From contig NZ_CP025989.1 in the NCBI RefSeq assembly GCF_003072485.1, positions 750,001 to 782,000 on the forward strand: a stretch of DNA of 32,000 nt, given 5' to 3'. Of the stretch, positions 19,525 to 28,735 are shown in pieces; the first letter of the stretch is position 1, and each line of letters begins with the position of its first letter. The notes under the pieces were generated by a model. The model did no database searches, was not told the DNA's origin, and saw only the letters and a list, made by a program, of their open reading frames with translations. Origin of the DNA: Candidatus Fokinia solitaria. GTDB taxonomy: Bacteria; Pseudomonadota; Alphaproteobacteria; Rickettsiales; Midichloriaceae. Made by a program: the position numbers and the translations under genes.

Positions 19525-21294
19525 ATGGAAAACTTTCTATCTTCGTTCAGAAAAAAAATGCAACATCATTGTGTTGATTGTGCAATTATTACAAATAAGA
19601 AGGACGACGTTTTTTCATCCGCACAAAGCTATATCCTACCGTATATTGTTTCTCATACCATAAATTTTCAATCTTCGAATTATATTCTTCTTGTTACACA
19701 GAAAGAACTTATCGTAATGGTAGATGGAAGATATCTATCGTATGCGGAAAAACACTTTCAACATCTATCGCACGTAATAGTACGCAGTATAATGACATCT
19801 TCTCTTTTTGAGACGCTGAATTTATTACTACTTCAAGACCAGGCTATAGTATGGTACGACGATCATAATACTACTATCAATGAACTTTTCTCTTATCAGA
19901 ATTTTTCTAAATTCGAATTTGTAGCAATACCAGATAATGTATTACGCGCCTTTGAACACAGAGATCAATTTAAAAAAGACATACTTTTACTGAATAACAA
20001 AGCAGATATCAGAATTGCACAAATACGAAGCGTGAAAAATGCAAAGCTTATTTCATCTACAGAATCTGTATCATGGCTACTAGGCATTAGAGATACCGAG
20101 AATGGATATAGCATGGCATTAAACGGCATACTGTTAGTAATGCCTGCCGAATATGACAAAAAAGATATCCTCTTTCAAAACAATAATACAACTGACATTT
20201 TCAATATCTTGTATGATATCAAACATATATCAGAGTTACCGCAAAGCATTATCACTTTAGCGGAAAATAATATTAAAATAGAAATAGAATATCGCTCTCT
20301 CTCCACTAACTTGTACAACAAATTCGCCACTATAACACATAACGCCGAATATTCTGAAATCTTTCTCGATACTATCGATGCTTCAAGAAAACTAAAGGCG
20401 ATAAAAACGCAGGAAGAATTAGAAAATATAAAAATAGCACATCAAAATGATGCTATAGCGTTTGACAAGTTTTTCGAGTTTGTCAGCACTTTCAATGGTA
20501 GCAATGCTACTATCGAAGAAGACTTTTCGAACGCTCTTCATAAATACAAATCCGCACAACAACACTACATTAAAGAAAGCTTTTCAACGATCTCAGCACT
20601 TAATGAAAATGCTGCAATGCCTCATTATAATCACAAATTTTCCTCTGATATTTCTCCTTCTAGCACTGCTTATAATAATCAGTATAATCTGTATCTCATA
20701 GATGCAGGCTCTCAATATACGTGCGGCACTACCGATGTAACACGTACTATATTAGTGCAATCTACTAATGGAAAATTCTCTGAAAGCGATTTGATAGAAG
20801 TAAAGAAACATTTCACTCTCGTACTAAAATCTCACATCATGCTTGCAAGCGCTATTTTTCCTAAAGGTACTACTGGCGCGCAGTTAGACTCATTAGCACG
20901 ATATCATGTATGGCAGCAGCATCTTGATTATCAACATTCTACCGGGCATGGCGTTGGCTTCGCTTTAAATGTACACGAAGGGCCGTACTACATATCGTCA
21001 AACTGCAATGAAGCTATTACAGAAAACACAATACTATCGATAGAGCCAGCACTGTACTTTCCGCAAAAGTATGGAATCAGAATAGAGAATCTCTACTATG
21101 TGAAAAAGTGCGCATCTCTATCTACAACTGAAAAGAGCATGCTACAAGAACAGATACATGATTCTTATATGTGTTTTATCCCTCTTACCATAATACCATT
21201 CGATGCGACTCTCATAGAATACTCGATGCTTCATGAAAACGAAATTGCCTGGCTTGAAAGATACAACAAATTCATCAATTTGATGAAAATTTAA
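19525..21294 (+). CDS. pepP: M24 family aminopeptidase P / Xaa-Pro aminopeptidase
   Basis: Creatinase-like N-terminal part and M24 metal ligands LIDAGSQYTCGTTDVTRT, STGHGVGFALNVHEGPYY, LSIEPALYF, GIRIENLYYV. ATG at 19525 (MENFLSSF) preferred over the TTG at 19495, which would overlap dnaQ. Confidence 0.93.
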   Translation: MENFLSSFRKKMQHHCVDCAIITNKKDDVFSSAQSYILPYIVSHTINFQSSNYILLVTQKELIVMVDGRYLSYAEKHFQHLSHVIVRSIMTSSLFETLNLLLLQDQAIVWYDDHNTTINELFSYQNFSKFEFVAIPDNVLRAFEHRDQFKKDILLLNNKADIRIAQIRSVKNAKLISSTESVSWLLGIRDTENGYSMALNGILLVMPAEYDKKDILFQNNNTTDIFNILYDIKHISELPQSIITLAENNIKIEIEYRSLSTNLYNKFATITHNAEYSEIFLDTIDASRKLKAIKTQEELENIKIAHQNDAIAFDKFFEFVSTFNGSNATIEEDFSNALHKYKSAQQHYIKESFSTISALNENAAMPHYNHKFSSDISPSSTAYNNQYNLYLIDAGSQYTCGTTDVTRTILVQSTNGKFSESDLIEVKKHFTLVLKSHIMLASAIFPKGTTGAQLDSLARYHVWQQHLDYQHSTGHGVGFALNVHEGPYYISSNCNEAITENTILSIEPALYFPQKYGIRIENLYYVKKCASLSTTEKSMLQEQIHDSYMCFIPLTIIPFDATLIEYSMLHENEIAWLERYNKFINLMKI

Positions 21295-21767
21295 CGTGTT
21301 TTGATGAAAATATTCCTCGCATCTAATATGGCTACTCCATCGCTATCGGTAAATCGATTCAAAACACTTGTATCTATATCGCTTTGGTAATTAGCTGGTC
21401 TTTTATCGATGCTTCTTAGCGCTTCAAAATCAACGCTAATACCGGCAATAACATCTTCGAATCGTTTCAAAGCTGCTAGTGGAATAACTACATGCTCCGT
21501 TAATTCATCAAATGCAGCAGTTACGGAAAGTTTTTCATGAGAGACTTTAAAATCCTTGCATGGCGGCTGTAATGTAACTTGCACTTCATATGGATATCTC
21601 TCTCTCAAAACAGACGATACTACTACACCACGATGATAAGTATCACATGTAAGATGAATGCAAAAATCTAAAGCACTTTCTTTCTCCTCTATCATTCTCA
21701 ATGCATCAGTAATCATAAGCCGTACTATACTCGGATATAACTTACCGTACTCAAGTTTTTTCTTCAT
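21291..21767 (-). CDS. SspB-like ClpXP adaptor (alphaproteobacterial type)
   Basis: HLTCDTYHRGVVVSSVLRERYPYEVQVTLQPPCKDFKVSHEKLSVTAAFDELTEHVVIPLAALKRFEDVIAGISVDF follows the alpha-SspB pattern (F.T...GV..s..Lr..YP...tIvLQ..f.dl.V....F.v.l.F......l.iPf.ai..F.Dp). Divergent. Confidence 0.7.
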   Translation of the reverse strand: MKKKLEYGKLYPSIVRLMITDALRMIEEKESALDFCIHLTCDTYHRGVVVSSVLRERYPYEVQVTLQPPCKDFKVSHEKLSVTAAFDELTEHVVIPLAALKRFEDVIAGISVDFEALRSIDKRPANYQSDIDTSVLNRFTDSDGVAILDARNIFIKTR

Positions 21768-21889
21768 TGTCTCTTTTTTTATATAACAAGCTTATCATAA
21801 GCATAAAAATCTCAGCATTGCAATTTCCTCATACATTACCATACTTCGATCGGTACTAAAATTTTAAAGCTGAAGTATTAGTCATCAAA

Positions 21890-22657
21890 ATGTTTTACCC
21901 TCTGCTGAGAATAATACGATTTCTTTCGACTTTCATCAGTCAACCATCGTGCATGTGCTGTAAAACTGAAGTACTAGAGTATGATACTTTATGCGCTGAT
22001 TGTTGGAATAACGTCCATTTTATATGGAATTCACATTGTGAGTATTGCGGAGAGATCACAGAATATAATAGTCCATCTTACTGTTTATGCGAGAAGCAAC
22101 ACTTAAAACAAAATAACAAAGAAGAGGTATTCATTCCATTTGAAGAGTTATATGAAAACAGAGAGAGATATACAGTAATATGCATTACTTTATATACTCA
22201 CGTTGTAATTAATCTGATGATGTCATTTAAGAACAATGCGCAATACTTCATTCATCGCATGCTTTCTAGGATATTTCTCATACATAGAGAAAGATTTGAG
22301 ATGACTTCATTAGTAGTGCCAGTACCGATGCATAGCAGCGCAATTCGTCAGAGAGGATATAATCATGCAGCTGTAATGGCAAAGGATATTAGTTTATCCA
22401 TCAAAAAGCCGTATTTAGCTAATATTCTTATAAAGCAATATAATAAAATACAGAAAAATCTATCAGAAAAAGAGAGAGTGGAAAATGTAAAAAGTGCTTT
22501 CACAATCAACAAGAAGTTATTACATCGCATAAAAAATGAACATGTGCTGTTAATAGATGATGTCATGACAACCGGCGCTACAATGCAACAATGCACAAGC
22601 TTACTATTAAACAATGGCGCATCTTTTGTTACAATTCTGTCGTTTGCTAAAACATAG
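21890..22657 (+). CDS. ComF family protein (phosphoribosyltransferase-like)
   Basis: N-terminal CMCCKTEV...CADCW...CEYCG zinc-ribbon-like cysteines, VPVPMHSSAIRQRGYNHAAVMAKDIS, VLLIDDVMTTGATMQQCTSLLLNNGA (PRPP-binding motif). Confidence 0.93.
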   Translation: MFYPLLRIIRFLSTFISQPSCMCCKTEVLEYDTLCADCWNNVHFIWNSHCEYCGEITEYNSPSYCLCEKQHLKQNNKEEVFIPFEELYENRERYTVICITLYTHVVINLMMSFKNNAQYFIHRMLSRIFLIHRERFEMTSLVVPVPMHSSAIRQRGYNHAAVMAKDISLSIKKPYLANILIKQYNKIQKNLSEKERVENVKSAFTINKKLLHRIKNEHVLLIDDVMTTGATMQQCTSLLLNNGASFVTILSFAKT

Positions 22658-22672
22658 TAATATGATTGTATA

Positions 22673-24064
22673 ATGGATGATACAATTTACGGACTTTCTA
22701 CCCCATTTGGAAAGTCAGGCATTGCTATTATTAGAATTACTGGAGAACGTGCTATCGAAGCAATAAAATTACTTCAATGTACTGTGAGTTCAACTGCTAG
22801 AGTACTTTTTCGAACAAAGCTCTTTTCACAATTTGACGGTGCACAACTCGATGACTGTATGTGCGTGTATTTTTTAGCGCCTAATACATTTACAGGAGAG
22901 GATGTAGTAGAATTTCACGTACATGGCAGTGTAGCGGTTATTAATGGAATTCTTGAAGAATTAGGGAAAATACCCTTTTTAAGAGAAGCTGAAAGAGGCG
23001 AATTCACGAAACGCGCCTTTAAAAACGGTAAAATGTCATTATCGGATGTAGAGGCATTATCCGAGCTTCTGCAAGCAGAAACAAGCATGCAGCGACGTAC
23101 GATACTGGCACAAATGTCAGGTAAATTACATAAGACATATAAACGATGGCGTGCCGCAGTCATAGAGTGTATGTATAAGATGGAAGCACTAATAGATTTT
23201 TCTTCAGAAGAAGTACCGGAAGAAGCGCTAATGTCCGTAGAACATGCAATTTTCAGCTTACGAAATGATATGCAAGCACATTATATGCGTAGTAATGAAT
23301 GTCGTGCTATATTCGAAGGAATAAAAGTAATTGTGATCGGAGTACCGAATGTAGGAAAATCTTCCATCATCAATCTTATTACTGATGAAGATATCGCTAT
23401 AGTTTCTGATATTTCAGGTACAACTAGAGATATCATCTCTGCATCAAAAGAAATTAACGGCATAAAATACACATTTTATGATACAGCAGGACTTAGAGAC
23501 GGAAGCTTGGATATTATCGAAAATCTTGGCATGCATCGAGCAGTAGAGTGCGTAACATCGGCAAACATAGTACTTATCGTCATAGATACAACTGCTGACA
23601 TTACAGACCAATATCAACAAATAGAATCTAAGATATCTTTAGAAAAGATAGAATTTTTACAGAAAGTAGTACTTCTATATAATAAAAGCGACTTATCTTG
23701 TACTCAAGAATACAACACAGATATAATCGAAGCGATAAAAGCACGCGTAAAGAATCATGTGGAAGTGCATGCTATCACGTTTTCTGCTAAAACTGCTACA
23801 AAAGTGCATACATTAGTGAGTCTCCTCGAGAAAACGTACATTGAATACGATGAACTCACTCTTACAAGCAATCTCCGTCAGCTGAATATTATAAAAAACA
23901 CCCTTGCAAAAATAGAAGAATACATAACTCTTCAAAATGCATACCTTGACATCAAGGCACACGTAATAAGAGAGATTGCGCAATCTCTCGCGTTATTAAT
24001 CGGCGAAGTAGACGTAGAGGAAATACTTGACAACATATTCAGCAATTTCTGCATAGGAAAATAA
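22673..24064 (+). CDS. mnmE: tRNA uridine-5-carboxymethylaminomethyl(34) synthesis GTPase MnmE (TrmE)
   Basis: DTIYGLSTPFGKSGIAIIRITG, FTGEDVVEFHVHGS, GVPNVGKSSIINLI, ISGTTRDI, DTAGLRD, C-terminal CIGK. Confidence 0.98.
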   Translation: MDDTIYGLSTPFGKSGIAIIRITGERAIEAIKLLQCTVSSTARVLFRTKLFSQFDGAQLDDCMCVYFLAPNTFTGEDVVEFHVHGSVAVINGILEELGKIPFLREAERGEFTKRAFKNGKMSLSDVEALSELLQAETSMQRRTILAQMSGKLHKTYKRWRAAVIECMYKMEALIDFSSEEVPEEALMSVEHAIFSLRNDMQAHYMRSNECRAIFEGIKVIVIGVPNVGKSSIINLITDEDIAIVSDISGTTRDIISASKEINGIKYTFYDTAGLRDGSLDIIENLGMHRAVECVTSANIVLIVIDTTADITDQYQQIESKISLEKIEFLQKVVLLYNKSDLSCTQEYNTDIIEAIKARVKNHVEVHAITFSAKTATKVHTLVSLLEKTYIEYDELTLTSNLRQLNIIKNTLAKIEEYITLQNAYLDIKAHVIREIAQSLALLIGEVDVEEILDNIFSNFCIGK

Positions 24065-24107
24065 CAGAATAGCGAAAGTCTCATCACTCGCTTCTCTCAG
24101 AAAGCAA

Positions 24108-24710
24108 TTACAAGAGAAGTCCGCTTTTACTTTCCAACACTTTATCTACTATGTTGAATTTCATAGATTCGTCCGCTGACATAAAATTATCTCTTTCCAT
24201 TGCATTGAACAAAACTTTTTCACTATGTCCAGTATGTTTCGCATATAGCTGAATCAAAAGCTTTTTTATTTTTGCCATTTCAGCAGCATGAATCTGTATA
24301 TCTGTAGCTTGTCCTCTATAGCCTCCTAACGGCTGATGTATCATAATTCTTGAATTTTTTAATGCATACCGTTTTCCTGGCGCACCTCCAGCTAATAACA
24401 TCGAACCCATAGAACAAGCTTGCCCTATACATACTGTCATCACATCTGACGTAATGAATTGCATTGTATCATATATAGCCATACCTGCCGTCACTACACC
24501 ACCAGGAGAATTGATATACATCGATATAGGCTTATCAGATGCTTCAGATTCTAAAAACAGCAATTGCGCAACTATAACAGAAGCCATGTGATCTTCAATC
24601 TGCCCGTTTACAAATACTACTCTATCTCTTAGTAATCTTGAGTAAATATCAAAAGCTCTTTCACTTCTGCCTGATTTTTCTATAACGATCGGTACAAGAG
24701 TATTTTCCAT
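24108..24710 (-). CDS. clpP: ATP-dependent Clp protease proteolytic subunit
   Basis: [67 protein letters not shown] (Ser), [11 protein letters not shown] (His). Confidence 0.97.
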   Translation of the reverse strand: MENTLVPIVIEKSGRSERAFDIYSRLLRDRVVFVNGQIEDHMASVIVAQLLFLESEASDKPISMYINSPGGVVTAGMAIYDTMQFITSDVMTVCIGQACSMGSMLLAGGAPGKRYALKNSRIMIHQPLGGYRGQATDIQIHAAEMAKIKKLLIQLYAKHTGHSEKVLFNAMERDNFMSADESMKFNIVDKVLESKSGLLL

Positions 24711-24867
24711 ACTAAATATGCAATTTTCTCAATATCTTAGAGAGTAATCAAAAATACATCACGATACAATACAAAGGAGTATAAATCGCTGTTTAAAGCG
24801 AAAATTTGATACATACTGTCTATGAATAGAGGGGGCAAAACGCTATATAAGACAGAATTATGTAAAA

Positions 24868-25272
24868 CTACTTATTATTATTCGTTCTAAATCTTGGCTT
24901 TCTTCTAGTAAATTCTCCTTCTTTCTTTACAGCGATCTTCGCTTTATCGCGTTGTTCAACTTTCACAGTCTGATCATTCTTGTAAGATTCATCATCAGTA
25001 ATAATATGCGTTACTGACTCTGCAATCGCCCCTACTACAACATCTCTCGCTATTTCAATCATTAAAAACTTCTCTCCCTCTCTTCTCAGAAAAACGCCTC
25101 TAATACCATTTGCAAATATCACACCAGTACCTTGCTTCATTTCATTTACCGCTTTTTGATGTTCTTTTGCCTTCTTCTGTTGCGGTCTCACAATGAACAA
25201 CCAAAACATCAATATTATAATTACCAAAGGGCCGAGATTCACTAAAATCGTCGTCAATTCATTCGATGACAT
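24868..25272 (-). CDS. yajC: Preprotein translocase subunit YajC
   Basis: LGPLVIIILMFWLFIVRPQQKKAKEHQKAVNEMKQGTGVIFANGIRG, the single TM segment plus RPQQKK signature. Confidence 0.9.
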   Translation of the reverse strand: MSSNELTTILVNLGPLVIIILMFWLFIVRPQQKKAKEHQKAVNEMKQGTGVIFANGIRGVFLRREGEKFLMIEIARDVVVGAIAESVTHIITDDESYKNDQTVKVEQRDKAKIAVKKEGEFTRRKPRFRTNNNK

Positions 25273-25408
25273 AATCTTATTGCACTTATACTATAAAGCT
25301 TCCATAACTGCGGAAGATTATACCATATTGGTAATTATTGCAATTGTGTTCTGCAAAAGCTAAGTATTACGATATCAGCACTTAGTAAATGTAAACTTCG
25401 AGACTACC

Positions 25409-27901
25409 ATGCTGTTGACATTGAATTGGTTAAAGAAGTATGGAGATCTTCTCGTACAACACGATGAATTAATAGATCGGCTAAGCCGCATCGGATTCGA
25501 GTGTGAAATACGAGAGGAGTATAAAAGATTGTACGATAACTTTGTTGTAGGAGAAGTCATTGAATGCACAAGGCATCACAATGCTGAAAGCTTAGCAATA
25601 TGCTCAGTTCTCACTTCACGAAATGAACCGCCAAAGCAAATCGTTTGCGGCGCAAGTAATGTTAGAAAAGGCAAAGTGATCGTCGCTAAAATAGGCGCAG
25701 TCATCTCCGCTGATTTCACTATTACAGAAAGGGTAATTCGAGGCGTAGAAAGTAGTGGCATGTTATGCAGTATAGAAGAACTCGGTATTCCTCAATTTGC
25801 CTTTGAGACGAAAGTGCAAATGGAAGATAGCATCGATGGTATTGTGATAGTCAATGATCATATTGACATAGGCACACCGCTAGTAAAGTTACTTGATATC
25901 GACGATGTATTGATAGAGATTTCGGTACTGCCAAATAGACGAAGCGATTGTTTGAGTATGATCGGTTTACTAAGAGAGATGAATACTGCAGGATTAATCA
26001 AATTACACGATGAATATCAAAAAGTATCCTCTTATTTTGGAATTGATGACATAGTCGAAGCGAATGAGATATCAAAAATTCACGAAGTCGATAGAGAGAC
26101 GTGCAAAAGTTTTACCGTAATATCATTAAAGAATGGCGTAATACCTCAAGGAAGCTTCAAAATACATGACATAAGATTGCTTATGTTTTGCATGAAAGCA
26201 GCTACTGATAATCCAATCGTCGATGTAGGAAACTTCTTCATGATGGAAAGCGGCATTCCGATACACATGTATGATGCAGCAACAATATCAGGGAAAATTT
26301 CCGTAAAAAAAATCGAAAAGCCTCAAAGATTCAAAGCTTTAAACGGCAAAGAGTACGATGCTATCGACTGCATCATAACGGATGAAAATAAAATTATTGC
26401 ACTTCCTGGCATCATAGGAGTAGATAGTACAAAGGTCACATCTAATACTTGTAATATTCTTGTGGAAATTGCAGAATTTGCACCTTCTGTCGTACAAAAA
26501 ATTGCTAATTCAACAGGTATAACAAGTGACGCATCTTTGCGCTTCATTGGAAAAAAAGCCTGCTATGAATATCAAGATAATGAAGAAAGTGTTTTTCGAA
26601 AATCTGCTATCAATCAGTTTGTAAACTTTCTCAAAAAAGAGTTTCACTTCTCCGTAGAAGGAATGCAAAGCGTAGAATATAAAACGCACGAATCTCCTAA
26701 AAAGACGATCTCATTTTCACTTACAGAGATTGAAAGTATCACGGGAGTAAAATTATCTAAAAAGACAATTTTCGATATTCTTAATCCGCTTGGTTTTCAC
26801 ATAAAAAATGTTAAGGAGGACGAATTTGAACTACTCGTACCGTACTATAGAGTAAGTGATATTTCACATGTTGAGGATGTAGTTGAAGAGATAGTTAGAT
26901 TTCTGAATTTAGATAATATCTCAGGGAAATTCGAAGGTATTAACGTACAATTAACTTCTGAGTATCTCGCTGCAACTACGAATAATAATGAAGAAACAGT
27001 AAGAAAAACATTACTCGCACGCGGTCTGAATGAAGCTATCACGTGGAGCTTTATAAGCAAAGAAATAAGTGAGTTTTTTTATAATAATGATCCACTCGAA
27101 ATACTGAATCCTATTAATAAGGACTTTGCCATAATGCGGCATAATATTCCATCTAGCATGCTGAGCATGATAGTGAAAAATCTTAGCAGAGATAACAAGA
27201 ATATGTCACTCTTCGAAATAGGAAACGTTTTTGAACAAAAACAAGAATGTAAAATGATCAGTGGCATGAGAATTGGCGGTAATTCTCATAGAAAGTATGA
27301 TTTTTTCGATATAAGAGATGATATAATGGCAGTCATCGGTAAATTCATGAATCTTGCGCAGTCCTTATTAAAAGACGGCGATATGCTGCATTATAACTGC
27401 GAGGTACGCAATACAGGCGCGCCACAATACTATCATCCTTACCAAAGCGCAGCGATAGTAAAAGATTCTATCATAATCGGGTACTGCGGTGCATTACATC
27501 CAACGATAGCAGAACAATATGAGATCGATGTCGACATATTTCTATTTGAAATCTTCTACGAAAAATTATGCAATTTGCAAACTAATACTATAAGCGATAA
27601 AAAGAATTTTTCAGAATTTCAGAAAGCAACAAGAGACTTATCTCTTGGAGTTACTTCTATGATAGAATCTGCTTTCGTAGTGCAGAAATTACATTCCTTT
27701 TGTAAGAACTTCAGCATTATCAAGGAGATAAAATTGTTTGACATATATCAATCACAAATGTCGGATATCAAATATTTTGGTATAAAATTTGAATTGCAGA
27801 AAGATGACGGTACACTCTCTACTGAAGAAATTGACTCCGTTCTTGGAGAAATTATCGCCTTTTCAAAAGATCAATTTTCAGCAGAAATAAGAGGATTATA
27901 G
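25409..27901 (+). CDS. pheT: Phenylalanine--tRNA ligase beta subunit
   Basis: LTLNWLKKYGDLL, tRNA-binding domain (VVGEVIECTRHHNAESLAICSV...IVCGASNVRKG), SNRxD-like LPNRRSDCLSMIGL, LVPYYRVSDISHVEDVVEEIVRFLNLDNI, C-terminal anticodon-binding-like domain; 830 aa. Confidence 0.96.
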   Translation: MLLTLNWLKKYGDLLVQHDELIDRLSRIGFECEIREEYKRLYDNFVVGEVIECTRHHNAESLAICSVLTSRNEPPKQIVCGASNVRKGKVIVAKIGAVISADFTITERVIRGVESSGMLCSIEELGIPQFAFETKVQMEDSIDGIVIVNDHIDIGTPLVKLLDIDDVLIEISVLPNRRSDCLSMIGLLREMNTAGLIKLHDEYQKVSSYFGIDDIVEANEISKIHEVDRETCKSFTVISLKNGVIPQGSFKIHDIRLLMFCMKAATDNPIVDVGNFFMMESGIPIHMYDAATISGKISVKKIEKPQRFKALNGKEYDAIDCIITDENKIIALPGIIGVDSTKVTSNTCNILVEIAEFAPSVVQKIANSTGITSDASLRFIGKKACYEYQDNEESVFRKSAINQFVNFLKKEFHFSVEGMQSVEYKTHESPKKTISFSLTEIESITGVKLSKKTIFDILNPLGFHIKNVKEDEFELLVPYYRVSDISHVEDVVEEIVRFLNLDNISGKFEGINVQLTSEYLAATTNNNEETVRKTLLARGLNEAITWSFISKEISEFFYNNDPLEILNPINKDFAIMRHNIPSSMLSMIVKNLSRDNKNMSLFEIGNVFEQKQECKMISGMRIGGNSHRKYDFFDIRDDIMAVIGKFMNLAQSLLKDGDMLHYNCEVRNTGAPQYYHPYQSAAIVKDSIIIGYCGALHPTIAEQYEIDVDIFLFEIFYEKLCNLQTNTISDKKNFSEFQKATRDLSLGVTSMIESAFVVQKLHSFCKNFSIIKEIKLFDIYQSQMSDIKYFGIKFELQKDDGTLSTEEIDSVLGEIIAFSKDQFSAEIRGL

Positions 27902-27959
27902 TAAATAATCAATCACAACTTTACTATGGAATACTACAAGCTAATTTCATGATGTTTTC

Positions 27960-28619
27960 ATGTCAAAAATCAGATCGTCTTCGTCATCTCAGTACGAATA
28001 TATCTCAAAGTTTATTCAAAACGTTTCAGAAGATCATTTCGAGGAAATTAGAAACTCAGCGCCTACTGAACTTCAACATATGCAAATTACAGCCGTAGAA
28101 GGCTCTATACTGCGATGGCTAATCGCAACACAGCAACCAACTTTTGCACTAGAAATTGGCACATTCGTTGGATATTCCACCGCATGGTTAGCAGCAGGTA
28201 TGCAACATGGTAGTACTCTGATTTCCGTGGAAAAATCACATGAGAGACTTGCAATCGCTAAGAATAATCTTGAGAAGTACAATTTTAAGTGCGAGGTAAA
28301 GTTATACCTAAACGATGGTAAATCTAAAGAAGAAAGAGATATCAATCTTCAAAAACTTCTAGCAGAGTTTGGAGTTAATTTCGGCTTTGTATTCTGCGAT
28401 GGTGCTAAATCAGAGTATATGCACTGCTTTCAAACTACGTCGAAATACTTGAAAAAAGGCGGACTATTCGTAGCGGATAATGTTACATCATTTCACTCTA
28501 ACACCTCTAATGTTGGAAATGCTATAGATGCTTTCAACTCACATGTTTGTACTAACGACGCATTCGACACAACTATTATTCCAACTTGTGATGGATTGAT
28601 GATTGCTAGAAAAAAATAA
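27960..28619 (+). CDS. Family 3 SAM-dependent O-methyltransferase
   Basis: ALEIGTFVGYSTAWLAAGM (SAM motif I), ISVEKSHERLAIAKNNLEK, FGFVFCDGAKSEYMHCFQTTSKYLKKGGLFVADNV. Confidence 0.88.
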   Translation: MSKIRSSSSSQYEYISKFIQNVSEDHFEEIRNSAPTELQHMQITAVEGSILRWLIATQQPTFALEIGTFVGYSTAWLAAGMQHGSTLISVEKSHERLAIAKNNLEKYNFKCEVKLYLNDGKSKEERDINLQKLLAEFGVNFGFVFCDGAKSEYMHCFQTTSKYLKKGGLFVADNVTSFHSNTSNVGNAIDAFNSHVCTNDAFDTTIIPTCDGLMIARKK

Positions 28620-28735
28620 GCTGGTACCACGTGCTACTTTTTGGCAATTAAGAAAATTTTATTTAATATGGACACAAATGGAAACATTTCTATACTGAGA
28701 AAGTGCAGCATTTTCCTTCTCATAAATAGCGAAAA

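Noticed and set aside
21782-21810. Short palindrome GCTTAT-C-ATAAGC between the SspB-like gene and comF
   Set aside because: A 6-bp AT-rich stem with one-base centre is expected by chance in such AT-rich DNA and there is no matching partner element elsewhere that I noticed.
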